Source: Octopus vulgaris (lineage: Eukaryota). Taken from it: 64,000 nucleotides of DNA. Shown here one piece after another: positions 41,829 to 54,839 of this stretch. Below the pieces are notes generated by a model, which made no database searches, was not told where the DNA came from, and saw only the letters and a program-made list of their open reading frames with translations. The stretch spans positions 14,384,001 through 14,448,000 of the forward strand of contig OX597839.1 of assembly GCA_951406725.2 (NCBI GenBank), given 5' to 3'. Position 1 is the first letter of the stretch. The number at the start of each line of letters is the position of its first letter. A program made the position numbers and the translations under genes.

Positions 41829-42199
41829 ATACATAAATACATACATACATACATACATACATATATCGTCAGTAGTTTATATATCTCCAAAAGAAGCACA
41901 CTCTAAAACATTAGAGCAGTGTATATTGTTTTTAGGAAGTTGCTTGTTATGGCTGGTCAGAAAGTGACCATTGGTTTCACACCTATAAAGCTATGTAAGT
42001 GATTTGTCAGACTCAAATGACTGAGGGTACATAACTTCTTTACAACTGGGGAAGAAATACATCATGGTCAGTTAGTTTTGTAAGCAAGAAATATATATAT
42101 TTCTGAGTAGAAGTAAAAAATTATATGCACTTTTGCCATAAAATATCTTTATTATTGTCACACTGCCTTCTGCACATGTGTGCTTATAGCTGGTACTAT

Positions 42200-42355
42200 T
42201 GTGGTACTATTGTTTGAACCTGATTGCACCATTTTTATTTCTGGTTTTACAGTGTAAGCATGGCTGCTCCACTATCAATGTGTACCAATGAAGAACAAAG
42301 AGCAGTGACCTGATTTCTCTGGTTGGAAGGTGTGTCAGGTGCTGAAATTCATTTC
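42200..42355 (+). mobile_element. Mariner transposase N-terminal remnant
   Basis: Encodes MAAPLSMCTNEEQRAV..FLWLEGVSGAEIH. Confidence 0.6.
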
Positions 42356-43925
42356 CAGTCTTCTTCAAAAACATGTTAGGTTATAGGAAAATATTGCCCT
42401 GCTTTAAATCAGACAAGGGCACTTGCCATACAAAATCTGTCTTGATAAACTCCTTCAAACCCATTGAAGTATAGAAAACTAGACATTAAAATGCTTGCCT
42501 GTCTGTCTATAACCATTGTTTTTCATAAATATTGTATCTCTTTGAGTTACTTATTGTTTAAACAGTTATTTTTTCTACACTATCTATCAAAACTTGTCAT
42601 ATTATTCCAACGGCACAGTCGATTTAGTTGACCCCAGTTTTGTTCACTGTTGCAAATTTAAACCAATTTGAGAGGATAAAGGCAAATTTGACCTTAAAGG
42701 GTTTTGTGGTAAGAAAGTATATACATGAGCACACACACACACAACACTTGTCTCCTTCAAGTTCATAACCAAAGATGCAAAGACAACTGGAAACAGATTT
42801 CTTTCTCCTTACCAGTTTGCTTAATATTAGTACTGTGACTAGTCATTATATAAAATTTACTTAGTGACTTTACTCTGGCAAGGAGTGGGAAATACATGTC
42901 AGCCAGGCCAACTGAAGCATGCAGAGTTATGTGCCTTAACCAAGATCCACAATACTAGTATTGCAGTTAAACATATCAAATTTACCACGTACCTTTATTT
43001 AATGAAGTTGGTTGAATGGCAGACAGTATTACTAGTGAGGCATACTGAAGCAAAGTTAGGTGCTTTACCAAGGGGCATAATATTAGCATTGTGGCTAATT
43101 GTTATCAATATAATTAACCCAGTATTTATATTCCTTTGAGGAGCATGAGTGGCAAACCCAATTCTCCACCTAGTTCAAAACCACCACTTGGCTTTTCAGT
43201 ACCTTTAGTGGGGTCCACTCCATTGCAAGCATTTGAGCAAGGCTTCAAGTCAGGGATAATTCTTCCCTTTCTCACATCAGTCCTGGAGACCTTTAGAAGA
43301 GTCATTGTTAGTGAGAGGGTGTGGGATACCTTTTCTCCTCTTATTAAACCTTAAAGAAAAGAACAACTTACTGTATTTTCCAGCATACATGTCAACGTAG
43401 TATACAGTGGAAACATTCAAGCTTCATCACTGTCTTTCGAAATCCTGCTGCCCTTCACATAAAACTCTTAGTTCTTCAAAGTTAACTTGATGTATAAATT
43501 GACCTGCCATTTTTGATTGTTAATTTTAGCCTGAAATATTTGACTTGTATACCAGAAAATATAATACACGCGTGGTGTGTGAGCACACAACACGCATACA
43601 TATGTATGCAGATGTACCTTGTTTTTTGCTATACAAGTCAACATAGTATGTTGTGTACACATGTGGTGTGAACATTCAAACATTGTCACTGTTTTTCCAA
43701 ATCCTGCAGCATTTCACATGGAATGTTTGCTCCACCAAAGTCGTCTTGGTGTAAAGTTGGTCTACCCCTTTTGGCTGTAAATTATGGTCAGAAAACTTTT
43801 GACTTGTACGTAGGAAAATACAGTAAGTGTGGCACCTGTTGTCAGTCAGACAGTCTGAAGTAAGGAGAATTAAATGTTAAAAAACTACTGTTGTTGCATC
43901 TAATGGATATATATATTCAACTTAC

Positions 43926-44102
43926 CATTTTTCATGTATCTTTCAATTGCACAATATGGTTTTGTCATGTGTGAATATTGAGAACAGTTTACTGCAAACT
44001 TTGAATTTATTCCCAATCGGTATTCCATTATATCGGATTCACATTTTGAAAATGGTTTGGTTCCTTCACAACTGTAGCAGGACAGACCATTGCTGGTTGA
44101 AA
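43926..44102 (-). CDS. Ly6/uPAR gene 1, exon 2: N-terminal half of the LU/three-finger domain
   Basis: Acceptor ttttactttcag|TT, donor AATG|GTAAG, 177 nt, phase 1-1. Encodes STSNGLSCYSCEGTKPFSKCESDIMEYRLGINSKFAVNCSQYSHMTKPYCAIERYMKN, with an LxCYxC start and 5 Cys. Confidence 0.9.
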
Positions 44103-44798
44103 CTGAAAGTAAAATTGAGAGGTGCAAAAATAATAATAATAATATGCCCTGATGTAGTATTAGGTACTGGCTCTCATGTCTTCTGATCTTAACTGATAAG
44201 AAGTGTTATTCTGTTCATGTTTTGGCTTGGTGTAAAAGATGGGTTATGGCAAATATTCTGCTCGATACCACAGATTTCCTTGTCAGGCGCTTGACTTTAA
44301 TCAGTTGAGCATGTCCCTTAGTGGTTGACAATATGTGCACTTCTGATTATGAGCAGGGATTGTGGGAGAACATCATAGCCAGAGGGATTCCTTGGGGTTT
44401 GAATAATTCACTCTTGAAAACATGTGTGCTTTATTCATCATCCTTAAACAACCCTTATTCAGGGACCTTTTGAGAAGGATGGGCTAATCAACCTGGAGAA
44501 AATTCTAAGTGGGTCACACCTGCAAGGTTGTGCACTGTTTATCTTGATATAAGATCACAATGTTACACATATACAGAAGTGATGCATGTGCCTGATGTAC
44601 CCTTATCAGATGGGTGTACTGGGCTTTTTCTATTTGTACCCCAGTGTTACTTTGATAGCATGTACTGCTCACTCAGTAATAATAATAATAATAATAATAA
44701 GAGCATCACAACAAACCACAGCATATACCCAAGGCATGCAGAGCTGCACTCGGTAATGCAGTGAAATCATGTTATAAAAATAAGACTACTGAATAATA

Positions 44799-44836
<38 letters not shown>

Positions 44837-45068
44837 CCTTTCTACTGAAATTTTGAGAGAGGGGGCCAGTCGATTAAATTGTCCTCAGTACACAACTTGT
44901 ACTTAATTTATCAACTCTGAACTGATGAAAGGCAAAACTCGACATTGGTAGAATTTGAACTGAGAATGTAAAGACAGATGAAATACCAGTAAGCATTTTG
45001 CTTGGCGTGCTAGTGATTCTGCCAGCTCGCCACCTTAATAATAATAATGATAATAAAAATAAAAATAA

Positions 45069-45102
<34 letters not shown>

Positions 45103-45571
45103 GAATCATAAAAAAATGATAATAAATTACGGGCACGGGTGTGGTTGTGTGGTAAGAAGTTTGCTTGCCAAGCACATGGTTTAGTTTCAGTCTCACCGTG
45201 TGCCATCTTCGGTAAGTGTTTGTAAACTTAAAGCCTTGTGAGTGGACATGGTTGATGGAAACTAGAAGAACCCTGTCATACACACACACCCTGTGTGTGT
45301 GTACATGTGCTTGAGTGTATGTTACTGCATCTTTGCTTTGACACCACATAATAGTTGTCAATGAGTGTCACTCTCATACAGACACTGTTATCCATTTCCA
45401 GTCTTCCCTGGAAAACACATCTGGTCATGGGGAAAATATCACCTTACTTGGAAACAGGCTCAGAAAGAATAAGTCCTGGGATCAATTTGTTTGACTAAAG
45501 GTGGTGCTCCAGCATGGCCACAGTCAAATGACTGAAACAAGTAAAAGAATAAAAGAATATATATATATATG

Positions 45572-45632
<61 letters not shown>

Positions 45633-46363
45633 GTATGTATCATCATCATCATTGTTTAATGTCCGTTTTCCATGCTAGCATTGGTTGGACGGTACTCTTT
45701 ACTCTTTTACTTGTTTCAGTCATTTAACTGCGGCTATGCTGGAGCACCACTTTCAGTCGAGCAAATCGACTCCAGGACTTATTCTTTGTAAGCCCAGTAC
45801 TTATTCTATCGGTCTCTTTTGCTGAACCAGCATCGGTTGTCAAGCAATGCTAGGGGGACAAACACAGACACACAAACACACACACACATACATATATATA
45901 CATATATACGACAGGCTTCTTTCAGTTTCCGTCTACCAAATCCACTCACAAGGCATTGGTCGGCCCGGGGCTATAGCAGAAGACACTTGCCCAAGATGCC
46001 ACGCAGTGGGACTGAACCCGGAACCATGTGGTTGGCTAGCAAGCTACTTACCACACAGCCACGGTAGTAAATATAAAAAAAACTTTCAGGGCCACTTGTG
46101 GTTTATTGAGATGGAAGGTTGTGGATTTTTTTTGTATTGAAGTATGATTACCTGAATAAAGTTCTTTTTATATTTCTCAGTAGGCAACCAGGGTTGCTGG
46201 GTGTGCAAATAACAAAACAAGAGTTACAGAATGGAGTAGATAAGATCCAGGCTACATATGTTTCATGGCAAATGGAACCACAAAAGGAGTAAATATCTAA
46301 GCAAGGTGTATATCGTAGACTACTGTTCAGGCCAAGGATACCTTCATTAAATGAAAGTGTATG

Positions 46364-46399
<36 letters not shown>

Positions 46400-46440
46400 A
46401 ATTATTATTATTATTAGATAAAAGGTGGGTTTTTTTCTAA

Positions 46441-46483
<43 letters not shown>

Positions 46484-46868
46484 ATTGTGTCAAGGACCTA
46501 TAATCCTTTGAGAGATGCTAGCATCCTAGTTCTCTGGTTAATATCAGTATTCAGTGAAAACCCAGATATATTAGTTTTGCATTGATATATGTAGGTATTT
46601 AAAATACTTATGAATGAGAAATGGAGAAACTGACATGCAGTCATTAGTTTATTCACAAGTACTCAAATTCATATAATGAAATTCCAGTCCTACAGCTGTT
46701 TCCATACTTAATTAGTTCATTCCAGAAATTCAATTAAATTAATTTAATTTAAATTTTCATATTGAAACTGGTTAATTGGGTATTTCATCAGGGAAGAATG
46801 ATCCACAACAGACTCGGATGTGTGCATTTTAGAATATGAGTGTTGTTTAAAGAAAACGTTATTTTCTT

Positions 46869-47835
46869 CTACGCTTGCTGATATTGTTTTTGTGTCTCCT
46901 TTTGTCTCAAAGCCGTAGGGCGCCTGTGTCATCCATGTTTTTAACCGTTACTGTCTCCAAAAAAGTTTTTTTTGTTTCATGTTCGTCTCTGTTGCGTTGC
47001 ATTCTTTCCTTCTGTGGCTGGCTGATTCAGAGCGGATCTCAGAATTAAACAGCCGAAATCTGTGATGAGGAATCAGTTTCTGACTGAAGAACGAAGGCTT
47101 TGAATGACCCGTTTGTCTTTTATGTTCATCCCTTCGTGTATTTCACGTTATTTATTTATGTAAAGGTTTATTATATATTTCGCAGCGTACATGCATAATA
47201 ACTTCTTTATGTTTATCATATCACCACCCCTGCACGATGTCTTTAAACTTTTTTCTTTCCTTCGCCATTGCTTCGTTGCCAAATTGTTTTGGCGCTTTTT
47301 TCTCCCAGCCTCTCTGATTCCTTCTCTCCCTCTCTCTCTTGATCACTGCTTCTTCTCTGATTCCTTCTCTCCCTCTCTCTCTTGGTCACTGCTTCTGTCC
47401 TCGCCTTCCACCCTCCTTGGTCCCCTCTCTCTCTTACCCTCTTGAGACTTGCTGCCTCAGCCATTCTGTTGCCATCGGCTGCTTGTTCAACATGTGTCTC
47501 ATCACCGAAAAGGTAATTATTTTTCCACGCTTGCTGATATTGTTTTTGTGTCTCCTTTTGTCTCAAAGCCATAGGGTGCCTGTGTCATCCATGTTTTTAA
47601 CCGTTACTGTCTCCAAAAAAGTTTTTTTTGTTTCATGTTCGTCTCTGTTGCGTTGCATTCTTTCCTTCTGTGGCTGGCTGATTCAGAGCGGATCTCAGAA
47701 TTAAACAGCCGAAATCTGCGATGAGGAATCAGTTTCTGACTGAAGAACGAAGGCTTTGAATGACCCGTTTGTCTTTTATGTCTGTCCCTTCATGTATTTC
47801 ACGTTATTTATTTATGTAAAGGTTTATTATATATA
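46869..47835. mobile_element. Penelope-like remnant with ~310-bp direct repeats
   Basis: 46869-47178 and 47528-47835 are near-identical direct repeats around a CT-rich spacer, with no TG...CA LTR termini. The Penelope assignment is inferred. Confidence 0.55.
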
Positions 47836-48323
47836 TATATATAATAAATATAAGAGAGTTACTGCTAAGTGGTTAACTCTAGTGCTAAAAATAGCACCTT
47901 TTTCTGGTATAGCCACCAAAGTTGTTTCCAATAAGAAATAACATTACATTCAACGTAAGGAAAGTGAAATACAACGAAAAAAATAGATTAATGCCGAACA
48001 ATTGTTTCGTTATTAATATAATATGCAATTTTACTCACATATTTATCTATAAATCATCAGCGGCAGTTTGTTTTCGATACAATTTATTAGACCCTCACGA
48101 GCGTCAAATACCCATGCGGTTTAAACGATTGCATACATAGTTGTGATTCAGATTCCCCGCCAAAAGCATGGTAAGACTTAGTGGAAACGAATACTGCATA
48201 TAATATTTACTGCAGCATCATTAAATTTATAAATTCATAAATGAGGGTGAAAAATTAGATATTAATTTAATAATACCATCATTTTTTTCACCCTCATTTA
48301 TGAATTTATATATATATATATAT

Positions 48324-50660
48324 ACCCCACAACATAGACTGGTAGTTAGTGACTTTAGGATCAGGACTAGGAGGACAACCAGAAGACGACCAATATGGAG
48401 AAGAAGGATCTGGAAGCTTAAAGATCCTGCAAATGGACAGAGATTTAGAGACATATTACTTGAAGCCTCTGACGAAGTAGAAGGGAATAGAGCATCACAG
48501 GGGGTAGAAGACAGCTGGACGTTTCTAAGGGACAACCTGCTGAGAGCCACTGACCAGATCTGTGGCTGGTGCAAAGTCCCCTCTCGACCTAGAATAACGT
48601 GGTGGTGGAACAATATTGTAGACAGGGCTATTAGAGAAAAGAGACAGGCTTGGAAGGTCTGGAAAAATGGGGGTAGCAGGGAATTGTATCAGACTGCCAA
48701 AAGAGAAGCTAGGAGACAGGTTTATTTAGCCAGAGGGGAAGCAGATAAGAAAAAATTTGCCAATGTTCTGCGCCGTGAGGACCAAAGACTGGAGGTGTTT
48801 CGCGTTGCAAGACAGCGTGTGAGAGAGAATAGTGATGTGGTAGGAGAGAAGTGTGTTCGCATGGAAGATGGTTCACTTGCACTAAATGAGGATGCAAAGA
48901 GAGAGGTTTGCAGATGCCACTATGAAAGGTTGCTGAATAAAGAAAATGAATGGGATAAAGAGAGTCTGCCGAATGTTGACCCAACAGAGGGACCAGCTAT
49001 CCGAGTTGATAGTTCCGTGGTAGCTAAGGCAATTAGAAGCATGAAGACAGGAAAAGCCCCAGGCCCATCAGGAATCACTGCAGAGATGCTCAAAATGTCT
49101 GGTAGTGTCGGCTATAGCCTAGTCACCCGTATAGTTAATCAGGTGATACACAAAGGAGTCATACCCAATGACTGGTGTAGCAGCATAATAGTCAACTGCT
49201 ACAAAGGTAAAGGTGACGCCCTAGATACAAATAACTACAGAGGTATCAAGCTGTTGGATCAGGTGATGAAGGTTACGGAGAGGGTCATAGCCCAACTAAT
49301 TAGAGAGAGAGTTAGTTTAGATGAGATGCAGTTTGGGTTTGTGTCAGGGAAAAGTACTACTGATGCTATATTCCTAGTAAGGCAGCTGCAGGAGAAATAT
49401 CTAGCCAAAGATAAGCCCCTGTACCTGGCTTTTGTTGACATGGAGAAAGCCTTCGACAGGGTCCCCCGATCCCTTATCTGGTGGGCAATGAGGAAACTAG
49501 GGATAGATGAATGGTTAGTGAGAGCTGTGCGGGCCATGTATAGGGACGCTGCTAGTAGGGTGAGGGTTGGAAACGAGTACAGTGAAGAATTCTGGGTAGA
49601 GGTAAGGGTCCACCAAGGCTCAGTACTCAGCCCCCTCCTATTTATCATAGTCCTCCAGGCAATAATGGAGGAATTCAAGACAGGATGCCCTTGGGAGCTC
49701 CTCTATGCTGATGACCTTGCTCTAATTGCTGAGTCGCTATCAGAACTGGAGGAGAAGTTTCAGGTGTGGAAACAAGGATTAGAATCGAAGGGCCTCAGAG
49801 TCAATCTAGCTAAAACCAAAGTCGTAATCAGTAGGAAGGTAGACAAATCACAAATGCCTTCAGGTAGATGGCCCTGCTCGATCTGTAGAAAAGGTGTAGG
49901 TAGAAACTCTATAAGATGCACCAAGTGTAAGCTATGGACACATAAGAGGTGCAGCAATATCAAAGGAAGGCTAACTAGGAAGATGGTTTTTGTATGTGGC
50001 AGATGCTCAGGAACAATAAACACTGAAAATGCTCTGAGACCAACTTCCGTCACTTTCCAGGGAGAAAAACTAGAAATAGTTGATAGTTTCCGTTACCTAG
50101 GTGACCAAGTCAGCAGCGGGGGCGGGTGTGCTGAAAGTGTAACTGCTAGAGTAAGAATAGCTTGGGCAAAGTTCAGAGAGCTCTTACCTCTGCTGGTGAC
50201 AAAAGGCCTCTCGCACAGAGTGAAAGGCAGACTGTATGATGCGTGTGTACGAACAGCCATGCTACATGGCAGTGAAACATGGGCCGTGACTGCTGAGGAT
50301 ATGCGTAAGCTCGCAAGAAATGAAGCCAGTATGCTCCGATGGATGTGTAATGTCAGTGTTCATAATCGACAGAGTGTAAGTACCTTGAGAGAAAAGCTGG
50401 ACCTAAGAAGCATCAGTTGTGGTGTGCAAGCGAGACGTTTGCGCTGGTATGGTCATGTGGCGAGAATGGATGAAGATAGTTGTGTGAAAAAGTGCCACAC
50501 CCTAGCGGTTGAGGGAACCTGTGGAAGAGGCAGACCCAGGAAAACCTGGGACGAGGTGGTGAAGCATGACCTTCGAACTTTAGGTCTCACTGAGGAAATG
50601 ACTAGAGACCGAGTCCTCTGGAAGTGTGCTGTGCGCGAGAAGACCCGGCAGGACAAGTGA
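48324..50660 (+). CDS. RTE reverse transcriptase ORF (N-truncated) with an embedded PHD-like zinc finger
   Basis: About 778 open codons. The ATG at 48300 in the track lies in flanking DNA. CSIC...CTKCKLWTHKRC...CGRC (C4HC3) sits between RT motifs. Confidence 0.85.
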   Translation, partial: TPQHRLVVSDFRIRTRRTTRRRPIWRRRIWKLKDPANGQRFRDILLEASDEVEGNRASQGVEDSWTFLRDNLLRATDQICGWCKVPSRPRITWWWNNIVDRAIREKRQAWKVWKNGGSRELYQTAKREARRQVYLARGEADKKKFANVLRREDQRLEVFRVARQRVRENSDVVGEKCVRMEDGSLALNEDAKREVCRCHYERLLNKENEWDKESLPNVDPTEGPAIRVDSSVVAKAIRSMKTGKAPGPSGITAEMLKMSGSVGYSLVTRIVNQVIHKGVIPNDWCSSIIVNCYKGKGDALDTNNYRGIKLLDQVMKVTERVIAQLIRERVSLDEMQFGFVSGKSTTDAIFLVRQLQEKYLAKDKPLYLAFVDMEKAFDRVPRSLIWWAMRKLGIDEWLVRAVRAMYRDAASRVRVGNEYSEEFWVEVRVHQGSVLSPLLFIIVLQAIMEEFKTGCPWELLYADDLALIAESLSELEEKFQVWKQGLESKGLRVNLAKTKVVISRKVDKSQMPSGRWPCSICRKGVGRNSIRCTKCKLWTHKRCSNIKGRLTRKMVFVCGRCSGTINTENALRPTSVTFQGEKLEIVDSFRYLGDQVSSGGGCAESVTARVRIAWAKFRELLPLLVTKGLSHRVKGRLYDACVRTAMLHGSETWAVTAEDMRKLARNEASMLRWMCNVSVHNRQSVSTLREKLDLRSISCGVQARRLRWYGHVARMDEDSCVKKCHTLAVEGTCGRGRPRKTWDEVVKHDLRTLGLTEEMTRDRVLWKCAVREKTRQDK

Positions 50661-50732
50661 GTCCATAACCCGTGGCCTTCTACTTGGGACGGAGCCAGCC
50701 TACGTATGCATACCTTCCCTTCTTGGGGGACA

Positions 50733-51219
50733 AAACTCTACTTGTGAAGACCTGTTGAGGCAAGTGAGGATCAGAATGGAAATCGATCAATGGAAATTGC
50801 AGATGTGTTACCAGTGCCGGTGGCATGTGAAACTCTACTTGTGAAGACCCGTTGAGGCAAGTGAGGATCAGAATGGAAATCGATCAATGGAAATTGCAGA
50901 TGTGTTACCAGTGCCGGTGGCATGTCGAAACTCTACTTGTGAAGACCTGTTGAGGCAAGTGAGGATCAGAATGGAAATCGATCAATGGAAATTGCAGATG
51001 TGTTACCAGTGCCGGTGGCATGTCGAAACTCTACTTGTGAAGACCTGTTGAGGCAAGTGAGGATCAGAATGGAAATCGATCAATGGAAATTGCAGATGTG
51101 TTACCAGTGCCGGTGGCATGTCGAAACTCTACTTGTGAAGACCTGTTGAGGCAAGTGAGGATCAGAATGGAAATCGATCAATGGAAATTGCAGATGTGTT
51201 ACCAGTGCCGGTGGCATGT
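50733..51219 (+). repeat. Five tandem ~98-bp units in the RTE 3' UTR
   Basis: Near-identical units start at 50733, 50830, 50928, 51026 and 51124. Confidence 0.95.
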
Positions 51220-51652
51220 AAGAGAACCTTCCATTTCACGACCGTTGCCAGCACCGCCCCGTTTCGTGTCCGTTGCCAGCCTCGCCTGGCCCTCGTGCCG
51301 GTGGCACATAAAAAGCACCATCCGTTCGTGGCCATTTGCCAGCTCTGTCTGGCACCTGTGCGGGTGGCACGTAAAAAGCACCCACTACACTCACGGAGTG
51401 GTTGGCGTTAGGAAGGGCATCCAGCCGTAGAAACACTGCCAGATTTGACTGGGCCTGATGAAGCCTTCTGGCTTCACAGACTCCAGTAGAACCGTCCAAC
51501 CCATGCTAGCATGGAAAACGGACACTAAACGATGATGATGATGATGATATATATATATAATACATTTGATATATTTGTGCGCAGTCATATATAATACATG
51601 GTAAATTTTATTGGTGGTGGCGGAGTAGTTAGAGCAAAATATATGTTCGAGA

Positions 51653-51845
51653 GAAAGAGAGAAATTAAAATGAGAGAGAATGTGAGGGAGAAAGAGAGAA
51701 ATTAAAATGAGAGAGAATGTGAGGGAGAAAGAGAGAAATTAAAATGAGAGAGAATGTGAGGGAGAAAGAGAGAAATTAAAATGAGAGAGAATGTGAGGGA
51801 GAAAGAGAGAAATTAAAATGAGAGAGAATGTGAGGGAGAAAGAGA
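51653..51845 (+). repeat. 37-bp purine-rich minisatellite x5
   Basis: Unit gaaagagagaaattaaaatgagagagaatgtgaggga. Confidence 0.92.
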
Positions 51846-53069
51846 TAATAATTATCAAGTAGTTATGCATGCATTTGTTAAAAATACTGAAGACAACAAA
51901 AATGTATGACAACAAAACTGCCAGTTAATTACCATACAATAGTGTAATGTCATGAATATTTGTGAGCAAGTCTATGGTCAATATAAACTTTGTAAACAAA
52001 AGCAAAATCTAAACATTACCAGATGCTTTCTACAGACTGATAATTTATTTTAAGATAAATTATCTGTCTATAAATAGTATAATTTATCTCAAGGTAAATT
52101 ATCATACACACACATATATCAATGAATCACTGTATTAATCAGACTATGGGCTGTGGGGTTACACTGCTGGTGACAAAGTGCTTCCTCACATGGTTTTAGT
52201 TTTCAAATGATGCCACCCTACTGGCTAAGTGGGCAGGCAGGCCAGCATTTCCCTTAATGGAACGACAGACCATTGTAGGGTTACCCAGCTACAGCCTTGC
52301 AAACTGGAGCATTGTGAAATGAAGTGTTTTACTCAAGAACACAACACACTGCCAGTGTAGGAATTGAACTCACAATCTTGCAATCATGAGTGCAACACCC
52401 TAACAAATAAGTCTCACACATATGCACACACACACACACACATTGATGTATGCTGTAAGCAAATTACTTATCTGCAACTTAGCAACCAAATCAAAAGTTT
52501 GGCTTTCAATAATGAACGGTCTTGTTTGCAGTGAGTTGGTACACATATTTTTGTTATCTGTCAAGCTGAAAGGTTAATGTCCAAATATGTTATCTAGTTC
52601 CCCCAGATTGAGAAGAATGACAGTTTGGTGACAATCTCCGGCTTGTGAGCCAATGAGAGGCAGAGAAACCTATAGTTGATTGTTTAATGTTCTAAAAATA
52701 ACAAATCTCTCGCAAAATTACATTCTACCATTTTAAACAAGAACACATTGGATAATGTAGTTCTAAATATAAGTCTGAAAATAAGATGGAATGGTCATGC
52801 TTGGAAGACTGCTTTTAATCATGGGGCTGCTCAACCTCGGAAGACCTGAAGGTAAAAACAGCAGTAGCAACAACAACAACGTCTCAGTGTTTGTATTTTG
52901 TTGTTGTGTCCTAGCCCTGGGTTCAGTCCTACTGCATGGCACCTTGAGCAACTGTCTTCTAATATAGCTTCAGGCTGACCAAAGCATTGTAAGTGGATTT
53001 GGTTGACGGAAACTGAAAGAAGCCTCTCCCATATAGAAATATCATCATATATATATATATATATATATA

Positions 53070-53314
53070 TATCATCATTGTTCGACCGTGGTCGAGACAA
53101 TGGAATTTATTATGTTACGCCAGACTTCACGGTCCATCATAGCATTACGGAGGTCCTGTTGCTGGATGCCTGTATCCCTGGAGATTACATCAGGGTAGGA
53201 GAGTGTGCGCCCTCTGGTATTGCGAGTAGATGGCTTCCAGAGGAGAAGAGTAGAAATTACTTCTTTTTCAGCTCTACAACAATGTCCAGCAAACTGGACT
53301 CTCCTACCTTTCAC
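53070..53314 (-). mobile_element. RTE-like LINE extreme 3' fragment
   Basis: Encodes [23 protein letters not shown]...[10 protein letters not shown]...MMDREVWR, followed by a short GAT tail. Confidence 0.75.
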
Positions 53315-53368
53315 AAGAGATATATATATAGATATACGTTTATATATATATATATATACGTATATCTA

Positions 53369-53405
<37 letters not shown>

Positions 53406-53430
53406 GTATATCTATATATATATACGTATA

Positions 53431-53471
<41 letters not shown>

Positions 53472-53485
53472 GTATATGTATATAC

Positions 53486-53519
<34 letters not shown>

Positions 53520-54557
53520 TCATTATTTAACATCTGTTTTCCATACTGGCATGGGTTGGACAATTTGACAGGTGGTGACCAGCTGAAGGGCTGTTCAGGC
53601 TCCATGTGTTTTGGAATGGTTTTTATGGCTGGATGCCTTTCCAAACGCCAACCACCCTACGTGTGTGTTCACTACCACAGCTTGACAACCAGTGTTGGTG
53701 TGTTAATATCTCTGTAACTTAGAAGTTTTGCAAAAAAGACTGATAGAATAAGTACAAGGCTTAAAAGGAAAAAAAAAATGAATACTGGGGTTGATTCATT
53801 TGGCTAAAAAATCTTGAAGGTGGTGCCCCAGCATGGCCACAGTCTAATGACTGAAAGAAGCAAAAGATAAAAGATACACAGGTGTATCTGTGTGGTAAGA
53901 AGCTTGCTTCCCAACCACATGGTTCTGGGTTTTGTCCCACTGTGTGGCACCTTGGGCAAGTGTCTTCTACTACAGCCTTGGGCTGATAAAAACATTGTGA
54001 GTGGATTTGGTAGACGGAAACTGAAAGAAGCCTTTGTTCGTGTGACTGTGTTTGTACCCACCCTCAGTGCTTGAAAATTGATGTTGGTGTGTTTGCATCC
54101 TCATAACTTAGCAATTTGACAAAAAGAGTCCAATAGAAAAATTTCTTGGTTTACAAAGAATAAGTCCTGGGGTCAATTTCTTCAATTAGAGTGATGCTCT
54201 AGCATGGCGCAGTCAAATGACTGAAACAAATAAAAGAGTAAAAGGACACACACACACACACACACACTCACATCCACTCACGCATTTATATATTTGTATA
54301 TATGCAGGTATGTATTTATGTATGAATGCATGTATATAAGTTTTATTGTACGTCAGCAAACAGTAAATATTGAAGAGAGAGAGAAAGAAAGGAAACAAAC
54401 CAGTGGCATTTCCTTTGTCACTCCCAGTCCTTAGAAATGCAGTGAACCAGTAATTTGTACCAATAGAAACCAGCAAGCAATGAGGCTTTTGTCAATAAAC
54501 TGAAGATTAAGCGAAAGGCTTTTATGTAAGTGTATGAAGTTATACATGTATGTATGC

Positions 54558-54606
<49 letters not shown>

Positions 54607-54669
54607 CATACATACATACATATATATACATACATACATACATACATATATATACATACATACATATAC

Positions 54670-54702
<33 letters not shown>

Positions 54703-54711
54703 CTTATAAAT

Positions 54712-54750
<39 letters not shown>

Positions 54751-54839
54751 ATATAATTCGAGACAAAACCACTATTTTAAAACCAAACAAGGAAAGACTT
54801 AATCAATACATAAAATTTTAATATAAATTAAATAAACCG

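Larger units (their letters stand above)
48322..51548 (+). mobile_element. Young 5'-truncated RTE-clade LINE (antisense, in intron 1 of Ly6 gene 1)
   Basis: Uninterrupted ORF to 50660: end of the APE domain (PQHRLVVSDF), RT motifs (KAPGPSG, NYRGIKLL, QFGF, FVDMEKAFDRV, HQGSVLSP, LYADD, FRYLG), RTE C-terminus (RLRWYGHV, GRPRKTW). The 3' UTR ends in (GAT)n. Confidence 0.95.

Noticed and set aside
50733-51219. CRISPR-like regular array
   Set aside because: Units are identical end to end with no unique spacers, and the context is a eukaryotic LINE 3' UTR.
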